Shown here piece by piece: positions 7,587 to 16,580 of a stretch of 27,383 nucleotides of DNA (the stretch's first letter is position 1; each line of letters opens with the position of its first letter). The notes beneath the pieces are model-generated. The model searched no databases, had not been told where the DNA came from, and saw nothing but the letters and a program-made list of their open reading frames with translations. The position numbers were made by a program, and so were the translations under genes. This DNA comes from a virus. Lineage: Duplodnaviria; Caudoviricetes. Location: positions 1 to 27,383 of the IMG/VR virus record IMGVR_UViG_3300021066_000027. One strand, given 5' to 3'.

Positions 7587-9143
7587 ATGCCGACGTTTGG
7601 GATCGCCAGCGACGGGCGTCGGCAGTTGACGTTCACCGCGACGGAGACGTGGGTCGTCCCGGCCGGGGTTACGTCCGTCCAGGTCGATGCGTGGGGCGGC
7701 GGCGGCGGCGGTGGCGGTGGTACGGCAACTGCGTCCGGCGGCGGTGGTGGCGGCGGCGGGTTCAGCCGCTCCACGCTCACCGTCACGCCCGGCGAGTCGA
7801 TCACCGTCACCGTCGGTGCGGGTGGTGCCCAGGACACGACGGGCGGCGACTCGTCGTTTCGTTCAACCGCGACGCTGCTGGCCAAGGGCGGCACGCGCGG
7901 CACCGCCGCATCGCTGACCGCGGGCGGCGCGGGTGGCGCGGGTGGTGCCGCGGCGTCCGGTGTCGGCACCACGAAGTTCAGCGGTGGTACGGGCGGCACC
8001 GGCGGCACGGGCGCGACGAGCCTCGGCGGTGGCGGTGGTGGCGCTGGCGGACCAACCGCCAACGGCGGCAACGCGACCGGCTCGACCGGCGGCGTCGGCA
8101 ACGCGCCGGGCGGCAACGGCGGCACCGAGTCCTCGTCGGGGTTCGCCCCGGGCGGCGGCGGCGGTGGTCAGACGCCGCTGGCAGCGACCGGTGTCGGTGC
8201 GCGCGGCGAGGTCCGCGTCATCTACACCGAAGTGGGTGTGGAGACGGCGACGGTCACGCACGTCAACGGCTTGCAGGCCAAGGCGGTCACCCAGGCCGAC
8301 ACGGGCACCGTCACGCATGCGGCTTCTGAGGCGAAGGCCGCCGCGCAGACGGACTCGGCGAGCGTCACGCACGCGGCCACCGAGGCCAAGGCGGTCACGC
8401 AGACCGAGACGGCGACTATCGCGCACGCCGGGGCCGAGGCGACTGCCGTGGCGCAGACCGACACCGTGACCGTCGCGCACGCTGCCAGCGAAGCCAAAGC
8501 TGTCGCACAGGCGGACACGCTGACCGCCATCCACGCGGCCAGCGAAGCGAAGGCCGAGACGCAGACCGACACGGTCAGCGTCGCGCACGCCGCCAGCGAA
8601 GCCACAGCCGTCACGCTCACGGAAGCGACGACCGTCACGCACGCCGCCCTGGAAGCCAAGGCTGAGACGCAGACCAACACTGCCAGCGTCGCGCACGCCG
8701 CCGCTGAAGCACTCGCCCAGGCGCAGATCAACACCTCCACCGCCGTCCACACCGCCCTGGAAGCGATCGCGGCCAGCGGAACCGACGTGCTCGCCGTCAT
8801 CCACGACGCGCTCGTCGCCCTCGCCGAAGCAGGCGTCAACGCCAGCACGGTAACCACCACCGGCAGCTGGGCTCGTATCGCCCCGGGCCTGTCCGGCGTC
8901 GCCTACGACGCCTCCGGTACCACGCCGCTGCCCAGCGTGCAGGTGCTTTTGTTCCGTGACGACACCAACGCGGTTGTCGCGTCGCTTACCACGGACGCGG
9001 CGGGCGCGTGGGGCATCGACCTCACACCCGGCCTGACGTACTGGGTCTCCTACTGGCTGGGCGGCACCCCGAACCGGGCGTGGCGGACCGATAAGGGCAT
9101 CGCCCCGTTTGAGACGACGGTGGAGACCGGGACCGCCGCCTGA
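7587..9143 (+). CDS. Putative head fibre: glycine-rich N-terminal domain, 18-aa His repeat shaft, C-terminal transthyretin/Ig-like domain
   Basis: 'WVVPAGVTSVQVDAWGGGGGG...VTPGESITVTVGAGG...GDSSF...AKGG' Gly-rich phage domain; repeats 8241-8837; 'LSGVAYD...VQVLLFR...TTDAAGAW'. Confidence 0.7.
   Translation: MPTFGIASDGRRQLTFTATETWVVPAGVTSVQVDAWGGGGGGGGGTATASGGGGGGGGFSRSTLTVTPGESITVTVGAGGAQDTTGGDSSFRSTATLLAKGGTRGTAASLTAGGAGGAGGAAASGVGTTKFSGGTGGTGGTGATSLGGGGGGAGGPTANGGNATGSTGGVGNAPGGNGGTESSSGFAPGGGGGGQTPLAATGVGARGEVRVIYTEVGVETATVTHVNGLQAKAVTQADTGTVTHAASEAKAAAQTDSASVTHAATEAKAVTQTETATIAHAGAEATAVAQTDTVTVAHAASEAKAVAQADTLTAIHAASEAKAETQTDTVSVAHAASEATAVTLTEATTVTHAALEAKAETQTNTASVAHAAAEALAQAQINTSTAVHTALEAIAASGTDVLAVIHDALVALAEAGVNASTVTTTGSWARIAPGLSGVAYDASGTTPLPSVQVLLFRDDTNAVVASLTTDAAGAWGIDLTPGLTYWVSYWLGGTPNRAWRTDKGIAPFETTVETGTAA
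8241..8837 (+). repeat. Degenerate 54-bp coding tandem repeat (10 x 18 aa plus one 19-aa unit)
   Basis: Consensus DTxTVxHAAxEAKAxxQT; His codons every 54 nt from 8316 to 8802. Confidence 0.9.
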
Positions 9144-9850
9144 TGGCCGTCGCCGATGGGTACCTGCGCGCCGGCGCGGACGTCCTGGCCGGACGGCAGC
9201 GCACCGACGGACTGCTGGTTCTTATCGGGCCTGAGGCCGGCGGCAGCGATCCGCCGCCGTTCGTCAGTGCCACTGGTGTCAACACGGTCACGGTCACGCA
9301 CGCCGGAACCGTTGCGGTAGCGGTCGACCACACCAACGTTGCCAGCGGGGCGCATGCGGGCATCGCGGCCGTTGTTGCGGACGGCGCAACGGTCGTCTCG
9401 GTCACCCATGCGGCGGCGGCCAGCACAACGGACACCGGGGCGCTCACAACTGCGGCTGTTCACACCGGCGCCCTGGCCGTCGCAGACAGCGGTGACGAAC
9501 ATGCTGCTGGTGGTCATGACGCGGCAGCCGCGTTGGCGGACTCCGGGATCACCGACGCTACGGCGGCGCACACGGGAACAGGCACGTTCCACGTCCCGGT
9601 CACCGCCGGTGGCCTGGTCGAGCACGACGCCACCATCGTTGTCTCTGACCACTCGGTCACGCTCCTGCTGGCCGACGGCACCTCGAGGCAGGTCACGACC
9701 GACGCGGCCGGCGGACTGCTCGTTCTAGACGCCGCGGCGACCGCCGGGTTGCTGACCGACACCGCGTCCGGCGTGGCCGGGGTGGACTTCGACGAAGGGG
9801 CCGGTAGGCACACGGATCATCGAACCGGCGCAATGCTCGTGGAGGCATGA
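9143..9850 (+). CDS. Second fibre-like virion protein with 18-aa His periodicity
   Basis: TGATG coupling to the previous gene; Ala/Thr/Val-rich; His codons every 54 nt from 9299 to 9623. Confidence 0.65.
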   Translation: MAVADGYLRAGADVLAGRQRTDGLLVLIGPEAGGSDPPPFVSATGVNTVTVTHAGTVAVAVDHTNVASGAHAGIAAVVADGATVVSVTHAAAASTTDTGALTTAAVHTGALAVADSGDEHAAGGHDAAAALADSGITDATAAHTGTGTFHVPVTAGGLVEHDATIVVSDHSVTLLLADGTSRQVTTDAAGGLLVLDAAATAGLLTDTASGVAGVDFDEGAGRHTDHRTGAMLVEA

Positions 9851-10684
9851 ATGGCCCAGCGCGTCCTACAGAACACCGCCGCGACGATCACCGAAACGTT
9901 CTACGTAGACGGGGTCCCCACCGACCCTTCGCCAGCAACGACGACCGCCGTCGTGACCCGCTCCGACGGCACCACGTTCTCGCCCGCCGCAACGCGAACA
10001 GCGGTCGGCACGTTCGCGCTGGATCTCACGACCACGAACACCAGCCTGCTGGACACATTGCGGATCGACTGGACCTCGAGTCTCGGCACGATCCGCAGCC
10101 ACATCGAGATCGTCGGCGGCTTTCTGTTCAGCGTCAGTGACGCCCGCGCATTGAAGCCGTTGGACAACGCGACCACCTATCCCGCGTCGAAGATCGTCGC
10201 GGCGCGCACCCTCGCAGAACAGGCGCTCGAGGACGCCTGCGGCGTCGCGTTCGTGCCCCGCTACGCGACCGAGACGGTCAGCGGGTGGGGCGGCACGCAG
10301 CTGCTGCTCTCCCGGAGCCGGGTCACGAAGATCCGATCGGTCACGATTGACGGGGTCGCCTTGACAAGCACGGAGCTCGCGGACCTTCGCGTCACGCCCG
10401 GGTTCGTGTACCGGCAGGCCCGCTGGACCACCGGGTACGCCAACGTGACGGTCGGCTACGAGCACGGGCACACCATCCCCCCGGCCCGCGTCAGTCGCGC
10501 CGCGCTGCTGCTCGCCAAGCGCTGGCTCGTCGACGGCCCCGTGGACGACCGGATGACGAGCATGAGCACTGAGGACGGCACGTTCACCCTCCTCACCCCC
10601 GGCCTGCGGGGCGCGGTGTTCGATCTGCCCGAGGTAGAGGCCGTCCGCCAGCAGTACTCAGAGAACGTCCCGCTGGTCATCTGA
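9851..10684 (+). CDS. Head-tail adaptor/connector with extra N-terminal beta domain
   Basis: GGAGG RBS; 'LEDACGVAFVPR', 'NVTVGYEHG...PPARVSRAALLLA', 'LPEVEAV..QY' adaptor-like pattern; position. Confidence 0.75.
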   Translation: MAQRVLQNTAATITETFYVDGVPTDPSPATTTAVVTRSDGTTFSPAATRTAVGTFALDLTTTNTSLLDTLRIDWTSSLGTIRSHIEIVGGFLFSVSDARALKPLDNATTYPASKIVAARTLAEQALEDACGVAFVPRYATETVSGWGGTQLLLSRSRVTKIRSVTIDGVALTSTELADLRVTPGFVYRQARWTTGYANVTVGYEHGHTIPPARVSRAALLLAKRWLVDGPVDDRMTSMSTEDGTFTLLTPGLRGAVFDLPEVEAVRQQYSENVPLVI

Positions 10685-11118
10685 TGGCCGCGTCCACCAT
10701 CCCCGCCGCCAAGGCCGCACTGGTCAACCTGCTCACCGCCACCATGCCTGCCGGGGTGACGGTCAGGTGGGGCGGCCCGACCAACGAAGGGCAGATGACC
10801 GACGAGATGTCCTACCTCGGAGACGTCACCCAATCCGAGGAATGGGTCGGCCTGAAGTCCGCCGGACGGGTCGAGGACTACACCATCGAACTGGTCATAA
10901 CCGTCCGGTCGCACGAGGACAACGAGCAGACCGCCGAAACCCGGTTGTGGCAGCTGCGCGAACTTGCCGCTGGCGCGTTGCGCGCAGACCCGCACTTGGG
11001 CGGGGTGCTCAACGAAGCCGGTGCTGAACTTGCCGAAACCCGGCAGGACAACCTGCCGCTCACCGATGGGTGGGCGTGCCGGGCCCGCGTGACCGTCCAC
11101 TGCCGGTCGCGCATCTAA
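10684..11118 (+). CDS. Tail terminator/completion protein
   Basis: 144 aa; 'EDYTIELVI', 'LRADPHLGG'; located just upstream of the tail tube. Confidence 0.65.
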   Translation: MAASTIPAAKAALVNLLTATMPAGVTVRWGGPTNEGQMTDEMSYLGDVTQSEEWVGLKSAGRVEDYTIELVITVRSHEDNEQTAETRLWQLRELAAGALRADPHLGGVLNEAGAELAETRQDNLPLTDGWACRARVTVHCRSRI

Positions 11119-11164
11119 CCCCCGTCCCTTCCCCTAGTCGCACTCAACCACAGGAGAACGCGTC

Positions 11165-11374
11165 GTGCCTGATCGCGCACGCTACGACGGCCCTTTCGAG
11201 GAGATCGTCGTCATCGACCCGCACACCAACGAGCTACTTGACACCGTCAAGCGCGGCGGCCTGCTCTCCAAGGACGTGCCCGCGAAGGTCCGCGACGAGC
11301 TTCTGGCTCGCGAGGACTGGACGGCTGTCAAGGACCCGGCCCCGTCGTCGTCTAAGCCCGAGGAGAAGAACTAA
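11165..11374 (+). CDS. Small hypothetical protein upstream of the tail tube
   Basis: AGGAG RBS; 69 aa; TAATG coupling to the tube gene. Confidence 0.7.
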   Translation: MPDRARYDGPFEEIVVIDPHTNELLDTVKRGGLLSKDVPAKVRDELLAREDWTAVKDPAPSSSKPEEKN

Positions 11375-12345
11375 TGGCCGCCGGATCGGACGCACGCGTA
11401 GGTCTCGCCGTCGAGACCACCTACGGGACGCGGGTCGCCCCGTCCCGGTTTCTGCCGCTGACCGCGGAGAACAACGGGTTCGAGGTCAACCGGTACGAGT
11501 CGCCGGCCATCGGCATCGGCCGCTGGGCGAAGCCGTCGATCGTCACGACCAAGAGCGGCACCGGCTCGATGAGCGGTGACGTCCCGACCACCGGGTTCGG
11601 GTATCTCCTCCAGGGGCTGCACGGCAACACCGTCACCCCGGTTCAGCAGGCGACCACGACGGCGTACCTGCAAACCCACACGCTCGACACCGGGCCGTCT
11701 AAGTCGTTCTCGATCCAGGTCCAGACGCCGCCGGTCACGAGCTCTACGCTGATCCCGCACGATCTGCTCGGCGTCATGTTCGGCGGGATCACGTTCTCGT
11801 GGTCGCCCGGCGGCGTGCTGTCCTACGAGATCCCGACGGTGATCCGCGAACTTCTGCTCAACCAGACGCTCGCGACGTACACCGCGCCGGCCGCGTACAG
11901 CCTCTTGCCGTTCTCCGGTGGGACGCTGACGATCGCCGGGGTCGCTGAGACGAACGTCATCGGTGACGGGTCGATCGAGATCGGTTACGGGCTGCGTGAC
12001 GACGCGTTTGCGCTCGGCACGAGTGGCCTGATGGCCAAGCCGGTGGAGACGGACAAGCCGACCGCGCGTGGCGAGTTCACGGCGGACTTCAACGACAACA
12101 CCAACATTTCGCGGACGCTCGACAACGTCACTGCGGACGTGGTGTTGAAGTTCCAGCACCCGACGGTCATCGCCAGCACGTACTACCCGTACGTGGAGAT
12201 CACGCTCCCGTCGTGCGTGTTCACGTCGGGGCGTCCGACGGTGGACGGGCCGGGGCCGCTCTCGCAGGGCGTGACGTTCACCGCTGCGTCGTCGACGAAC
12301 CAGCCGCCGGTGATCCGGGTGATGAGCACCGACACCACCCTCTGA
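11374..12345 (+). CDS. Tail tube (major tail) protein
   Basis: 'GLAVETTYGT.VAP.RFLP' N-terminus, Thr/Ser-rich beta protein, 'PTVDGPG', 'STDTTL' end; position. Confidence 0.85.
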   Translation: MAAGSDARVGLAVETTYGTRVAPSRFLPLTAENNGFEVNRYESPAIGIGRWAKPSIVTTKSGTGSMSGDVPTTGFGYLLQGLHGNTVTPVQQATTTAYLQTHTLDTGPSKSFSIQVQTPPVTSSTLIPHDLLGVMFGGITFSWSPGGVLSYEIPTVIRELLLNQTLATYTAPAAYSLLPFSGGTLTIAGVAETNVIGDGSIEIGYGLRDDAFALGTSGLMAKPVETDKPTARGEFTADFNDNTNISRTLDNVTADVVLKFQHPTVIASTYYPYVEITLPSCVFTSGRPTVDGPGPLSQGVTFTAASSTNQPPVIRVMSTDTTL

Positions 12346-12351
12346 GCGGTC

Positions 12352-12747
12352 ATGGCTGATCGTGATCTCGCGGTCAAGGTCGACAACCTCCAGCCGCTTC
12401 GCAAGGCACTCCGCGCCGTCGACAAGGACGCTCTCCGCGACGTTCAGACAGTCACGAAGCGGGCGGCCGAGGTTGTCGCGGTAGAGGCGCGGTCCCGAGC
12501 GCCGCGGCGTACGGGACGTTTGGCCGGCTCGATCCGGGCGACCACTTCGGGAGCTCGAGGGATCGTCCGGTCTCCGTTGCCGTACGCGCCGGTGCATGAG
12601 TACGGCGGCACGATCGAGCCTCGCGGAACCCCGATCAGGATCAAGCGCCGCGAGTACATCACCGGGGCGCTTGAGGAGAAGCAGGACCAGGTGCGTGACG
12701 AACTCGCCCGCGGGTTCAACGAGGTCGCGCGCCGTCATGGCTTCTAG
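12352..12747 (+). CDS. HK97 gp10-like tail component
   Basis: 'APRRTGRLAGSIR', 'PYAPVHEYGG', 'YITGAL'. Confidence 0.8.
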   Translation: MADRDLAVKVDNLQPLRKALRAVDKDALRDVQTVTKRAAEVVAVEARSRAPRRTGRLAGSIRATTSGARGIVRSPLPYAPVHEYGGTIEPRGTPIRIKRREYITGALEEKQDQVRDELARGFNEVARRHGF

Positions 12748-12783
12748 CCGTACCCCAAAGGGCCACACACAGAAGGGCAGCAA

Positions 12784-13101
12784 ATGGCTGATGACACGAT
12801 GACCTTCCGTCTGGAAGGCCGCGAGTACCGCGTCGATGACTTCGAGCTCGGTGAGTTGGAGTGGCTGGAAACCGAGCTGGACATGCCGTTCGATCAGGTC
12901 GCCGAGCTGGCGGCGAGCGGGTCGATCCGCGCGATCGTCCGGTTCATCTACCTGATCAAGAAGCGCGACAGCCCCGGGTTCACGCTCAATGACGCGCGCA
13001 AACTGAAGCTGGCGATCTTCAACGAGGATGACGACCAGGCGTCGGATGGCGAGACGGCGGCGGCGAAGAAGCGCCCTACCAAGGCCGCCAAGAGCGGCTG
13101 A
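12784..13101 (+). CDS. Tail assembly chaperone (G)
   Basis: 105 aa acidic protein upstream of the tape measure; GAAGGG RBS. Confidence 0.75.
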   Translation: MADDTMTFRLEGREYRVDDFELGELEWLETELDMPFDQVAELAASGSIRAIVRFIYLIKKRDSPGFTLNDARKLKLAIFNEDDDQASDGETAAAKKRPTKAAKSG

Positions 13102-13250
13102 ACGCACGCGCTTTGTGGCAACCGTGGATGAAGCGCGAGTTCGGCATCGACCCGCGCGATTTGTCTGGTTACACGCTCGGTGAGGTCAAGGCCGTGGTCG
13201 CTGACTTCACGGCGATCCAGCGAGCGCGAGCGCAGGAGGCGGTGAGATAG
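13074..13250 (+). CDS. Tail assembly chaperone extension (T), probably expressed by -1 frameshift
   Basis: The -1 frame is open from CCC at 13074 to TAG at 13250: PYQGRQERLNARALWQPWMKREFGIDPRDLSGYTLGEVKAVV...; it fills the gap exactly up to the tape measure start. Confidence 0.7.
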   Translation, partial: PYQGRQERLNARALWQPWMKREFGIDPRDLSGYTLGEVKAVVADFTAIQRARAQEAVR

Positions 13251-16200
13251 TTGGCGCGACAGAGCGAACTGCGGGTCGTCATCAGTGGCGACACGTCGCA
13301 GCTGCACCGGGCGCTCAAGCGCGCCGACAAGGACGTTTCGGGGTTCGGTAAGCAGACGTCGTTGCAGGCCCGGGTGGCGACGGGTGGTTTCCGGCGTATC
13401 GGGGTGGCGGCGACGGGGATGGCGGCCGCGATTGGTGGTGTTGCGGCGGTCGGGGCGAAGGTCGTCAACATCACCAGCGACATCAATGAGTCGCTGACCA
13501 AAAACGAGGCGCTGTTCGGCCGCAACGCCGCAGCCATCGACAAGTTCTCCAAGACGACCGCCAGGTCGCTCGGCATCAGCCGCCGCGAGGCACTGGCTGC
13601 CGCCGGCAGCTTCGGAGGGCTGTTCGACGCACTGAACATCGGGCAGCGCGAGTCCGCCGGGATGAGCAAGCGGCTGGTCACACTCGCGGCCGACCTGGCG
13701 TCGTTCAACAACGCCAGCCCTGAGGAGGCTCTTCAGGCACTGCGTTCGGGGCTTTCTGGCGAGTCGGAACCCTTGCGTCGGTTCAACGCGTTTCTGTCTG
13801 AGGCGCGCGTCAAGGCTGAGGCATACCGGTCGGGGATCGCGCGCACGGGCGCCGAGCTGACCGAGCAGCAGAAGGTCCAGGCCCGTTACAACCTGATCCT
13901 TCGCGACACGCAGGCAGCCCAGGGTGACGCGATCAAGACCGGTGACGGGTTCGCGAACTCGCAGCGCCGGTTGCGAGCAACGGTCGAGGATCTGGGTGCG
14001 CGGGTCGGCGCGGTGCTTATCCCGGCCGCTACGAAGGCGACGCAGGCACTAGCGACGTTTGTTGGGCAGATCGACAGCGGTCGGGGCGCGGGCGGCCAGT
14101 TCCGGCGGATTGTGATCGGTATCGGAGAGGCGATCGGTGCGGTGGTCACCCCGCTGGTTGCTTTTGGTAAGGCGTTCCATGAGGGCCGTCCGGCTGCGGT
14201 TGCTTTGGGCGCCGCGATCGCTGGCGTCACGGCGGGGCTTATCACGTTCAAGGCGGCGGTGGCGATCAGCGCGGTGGTAGGTGCGGCTACCGCAGCGGTC
14301 GGGGGACTGTCTGGCGCGTTCCTTGGTCTTGCTGTGGCGATTCGCGCGAACCCGCTGACCGCAGCTGTGACAGCGATCGCAGCAGTCGGCACCGCCGTCG
14401 TCGTCGCGTACAAGAAGTCTGAGACGTTCCGCAACATCGTCAACGGCGCGTTCCGCGCGATCAGCAGGACCGCTGGTGACATGGGCGCGACCATCCTGCG
14501 CGTCATCGACCGTATCCTCGGCGGCTACTCGTCGTTGGCCTCGGCGGCCGGGAAGTTGCCCGGTCCGCTCGGGGCGCCGTTCCGGTCGGCGGCGAAGGCG
14601 ATCGACGGCGCGCGGGAGAAGCTGCGCGGCACGGCGGATGAGCTTGACCGGGTGGGTGAGAAGGCGCGCAAGCCGGTCAAGATCCGCGTGTCGGTCGTCG
14701 CGGACAGCGTTGAGGACTTCGTCGGCAACGTCCGCAACGCGCTCGGCAAACTCGGCGGGGACGGTATCGGTCGCGGCCCGTTGCCTAGAGGTGGCGGGCC
14801 GGCGTCGCTGAAGGGCGCCAACAGCGCGCTCGCCCCCTTTGCCGGGATCGCGTCACGGTTCCGGCTGGGTGTGTCGTCGGGACTTCGGCCCGGGTCGATC
14901 ACTTCGAGCGGCAACACGTCGTATCACTCGTCTGGTGAGGCGATCGACGTTGCTGGCCCGCCCGCCGGGATGCTCGGGTTCTTCCGGCTGATGAAGTCCC
15001 GGTACGGCGGACGGCTCGCCGAGCTCATCTACACGCCCGGGGGCGTAGGGGTCAAGAACGGGCGGCCGCACCGGTACTCCGGACGGGTCGCCGCAGACCA
15101 CTACGACCACGTCCACCTCGCCGTTGACCTTGGCCGACCGGGCATCGGTGACGGGTACGGGGCGCCTCGGTTGGCGGACCTGTGGCAGAAGGCCGGTGGC
15201 CCCAAGTCCAGCGCGGTGGTGGCGGCGGCGATCGCGCTCGCGGAGTCCGGTGGTCGCCCGAACGCGGTGAACCGCAACCGGGATGGCAGCATCGACCGTG
15301 GGTTGTGGCAGATCAACAGTGTGCATGGGGCGTTGTCGACGTTCAGCCCGACGGCGAACGCTAGGGCGGCGGTGAAGATCAGCAAGCGTGGCCGGGACTT
15401 CTCGCCCTGGGTGGCGTACACGTCCGGCGCGTACCGGCGGTTCTTGGCGGCGGCGCGACGGGGCGCCTCGGGGCGCGGTGGCGGCAGGGCGGCGGTGCCG
15501 ACGGTCACCGGCGGGTTCGGCGCGACGGGGCGGGCCGGTCGCGGCATCACCGGCCCGGACGCTGCTACGGCGGGCGGGTTCGCGCAGATCGTCGCGAACA
15601 CCGACGTCAGACTCGCCGAGGCTGCTCGTGTCCCCGGCAACGCCGGGGAGACCCAGGCGCTCACCACCCGGCGCGCAGCGATCACCACCCGGTTGGGGAA
15701 GGTAACTCGGGCGTTGAAGGGGACGCTGCGACCGGAGACACGGTTGCGGTTGACGCAGGAGCGCGCCCAGCTGCTCGGTGACCTCGGCACCGTCAACACC
15801 CAGTTGGGGAACCTGCGCGCCGGGCGCGGGATCGATGAGGCCGCACCGGAAGCCGCGGCGCCGCTGACCGCAGACGAGATGCGCGCCGCCGCGTCGCAGG
15901 CGCGCAGGCGGACCGCCGACCTCGCTGTCCGCAGAGCCGGGCTGACCGAAGGACTACAGGACGACCTGACCGCGTCCCGTGACGTCACCGGCGCGCTGTT
16001 CAAGGACTGGCGCGAGGCCGCCGAACGGTTCGGGGAGCACAGCATCGAAGCCGCCGAAGCGCTCACCGAACTCGAGGAGGCCGGCAAGCGGACCACGGAG
16101 ATCCTTGCGGAGATCGCGCAGCGCGAGCGCGAAGCGATGCTCAACCGTTACCGCGAAGGCATCACCGGCCTCGAAGACGAACTGATCCGCGCGCAGGTGG

Positions 16201-16574
16201 ACACGGCCGGTGACCTGTCCGACGACCTCGGGGTGTTGCGTCAGCAGCTCGCCGCCGCCACCCAGGCCTATCAGGACGCGGTGGCCCGCGGTGACGCTGA
16301 GGCGATCAAGGAGTTCGGCCAGAACGTGCTGTCGTTGCGCGGCAGCGTGGACGGGCTGACGGAGGAGATGAGTCGGGCTACGGAGACGGCGCAGCGGCAG
16401 CTTGAGTTGACGCGGGAGATGCTGGCCGAAGCTAGGCGTGCGGCGGCGATCGCTTCGACGAACGAGGGGACGTTGTCGCGGGCGCTGGCGGACTCGCTGT
16501 CCAACCAGATCGTCGGTCGGGGTCTTGTCCCTCGGGCGTCGATGCCCGCGACCGGCGTCGTAGCGAGGTACTAG
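13251..16574 (+). CDS. Tape measure protein with embedded peptidase (M15-like) and lytic transglycosylase domains
   Basis: AGGAGG RBS; 1107 aa Ala/Gly-rich helical; 'LAADLASFNN', 'GESEPLRRF', 'YKKSETFRNIV'; 'YHSSGEAID...HYDHVH'; 'AESGG...GLWQIN...FSPW'. Confidence 0.92.
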   Translation: MARQSELRVVISGDTSQLHRALKRADKDVSGFGKQTSLQARVATGGFRRIGVAATGMAAAIGGVAAVGAKVVNITSDINESLTKNEALFGRNAAAIDKFSKTTARSLGISRREALAAAGSFGGLFDALNIGQRESAGMSKRLVTLAADLASFNNASPEEALQALRSGLSGESEPLRRFNAFLSEARVKAEAYRSGIARTGAELTEQQKVQARYNLILRDTQAAQGDAIKTGDGFANSQRRLRATVEDLGARVGAVLIPAATKATQALATFVGQIDSGRGAGGQFRRIVIGIGEAIGAVVTPLVAFGKAFHEGRPAAVALGAAIAGVTAGLITFKAAVAISAVVGAATAAVGGLSGAFLGLAVAIRANPLTAAVTAIAAVGTAVVVAYKKSETFRNIVNGAFRAISRTAGDMGATILRVIDRILGGYSSLASAAGKLPGPLGAPFRSAAKAIDGAREKLRGTADELDRVGEKARKPVKIRVSVVADSVEDFVGNVRNALGKLGGDGIGRGPLPRGGGPASLKGANSALAPFAGIASRFRLGVSSGLRPGSITSSGNTSYHSSGEAIDVAGPPAGMLGFFRLMKSRYGGRLAELIYTPGGVGVKNGRPHRYSGRVAADHYDHVHLAVDLGRPGIGDGYGAPRLADLWQKAGGPKSSAVVAAAIALAESGGRPNAVNRNRDGSIDRGLWQINSVHGALSTFSPTANARAAVKISKRGRDFSPWVAYTSGAYRRFLAAARRGASGRGGGRAAVPTVTGGFGATGRAGRGITGPDAATAGGFAQIVANTDVRLAEAARVPGNAGETQALTTRRAAITTRLGKVTRALKGTLRPETRLRLTQERAQLLGDLGTVNTQLGNLRAGRGIDEAAPEAAAPLTADEMRAAASQARRRTADLAVRRAGLTEGLQDDLTASRDVTGALFKDWREAAERFGEHSIEAAEALTELEEAGKRTTEILAEIAQREREAMLNRYREGITGLEDELIRAQVDTAGDLSDDLGVLRQQLAAATQAYQDAVARGDAEAIKEFGQNVLSLRGSVDGLTEEMSRATETAQRQLELTREMLAEARRAAAIASTNEGTLSRALADSLSNQIVGRGLVPRASMPATGVVARY

Positions 16575-16580
16575 CCCGAA

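Noticed and set aside
7690-8170. GGC/GGT trinucleotide runs as microsatellite or phase-variation tracts
   Set aside because: In-frame glycine codons with mixed synonymous usage, explained by the Gly-rich domain
8241-8837. 54-bp periodicity as a CRISPR array
   Set aside because: Degenerate in-frame coding repeat with no constant repeat and unique spacer structure; no cas genes
11371-13107. Long minus-strand ORFs (578 aa here; also 2338-3378, 4447-5409, 15101-16144, 15954-17159 and others)
   Set aside because: Antisense shadows of high-GC3 genes with no motifs, low-complexity translations and no RBS
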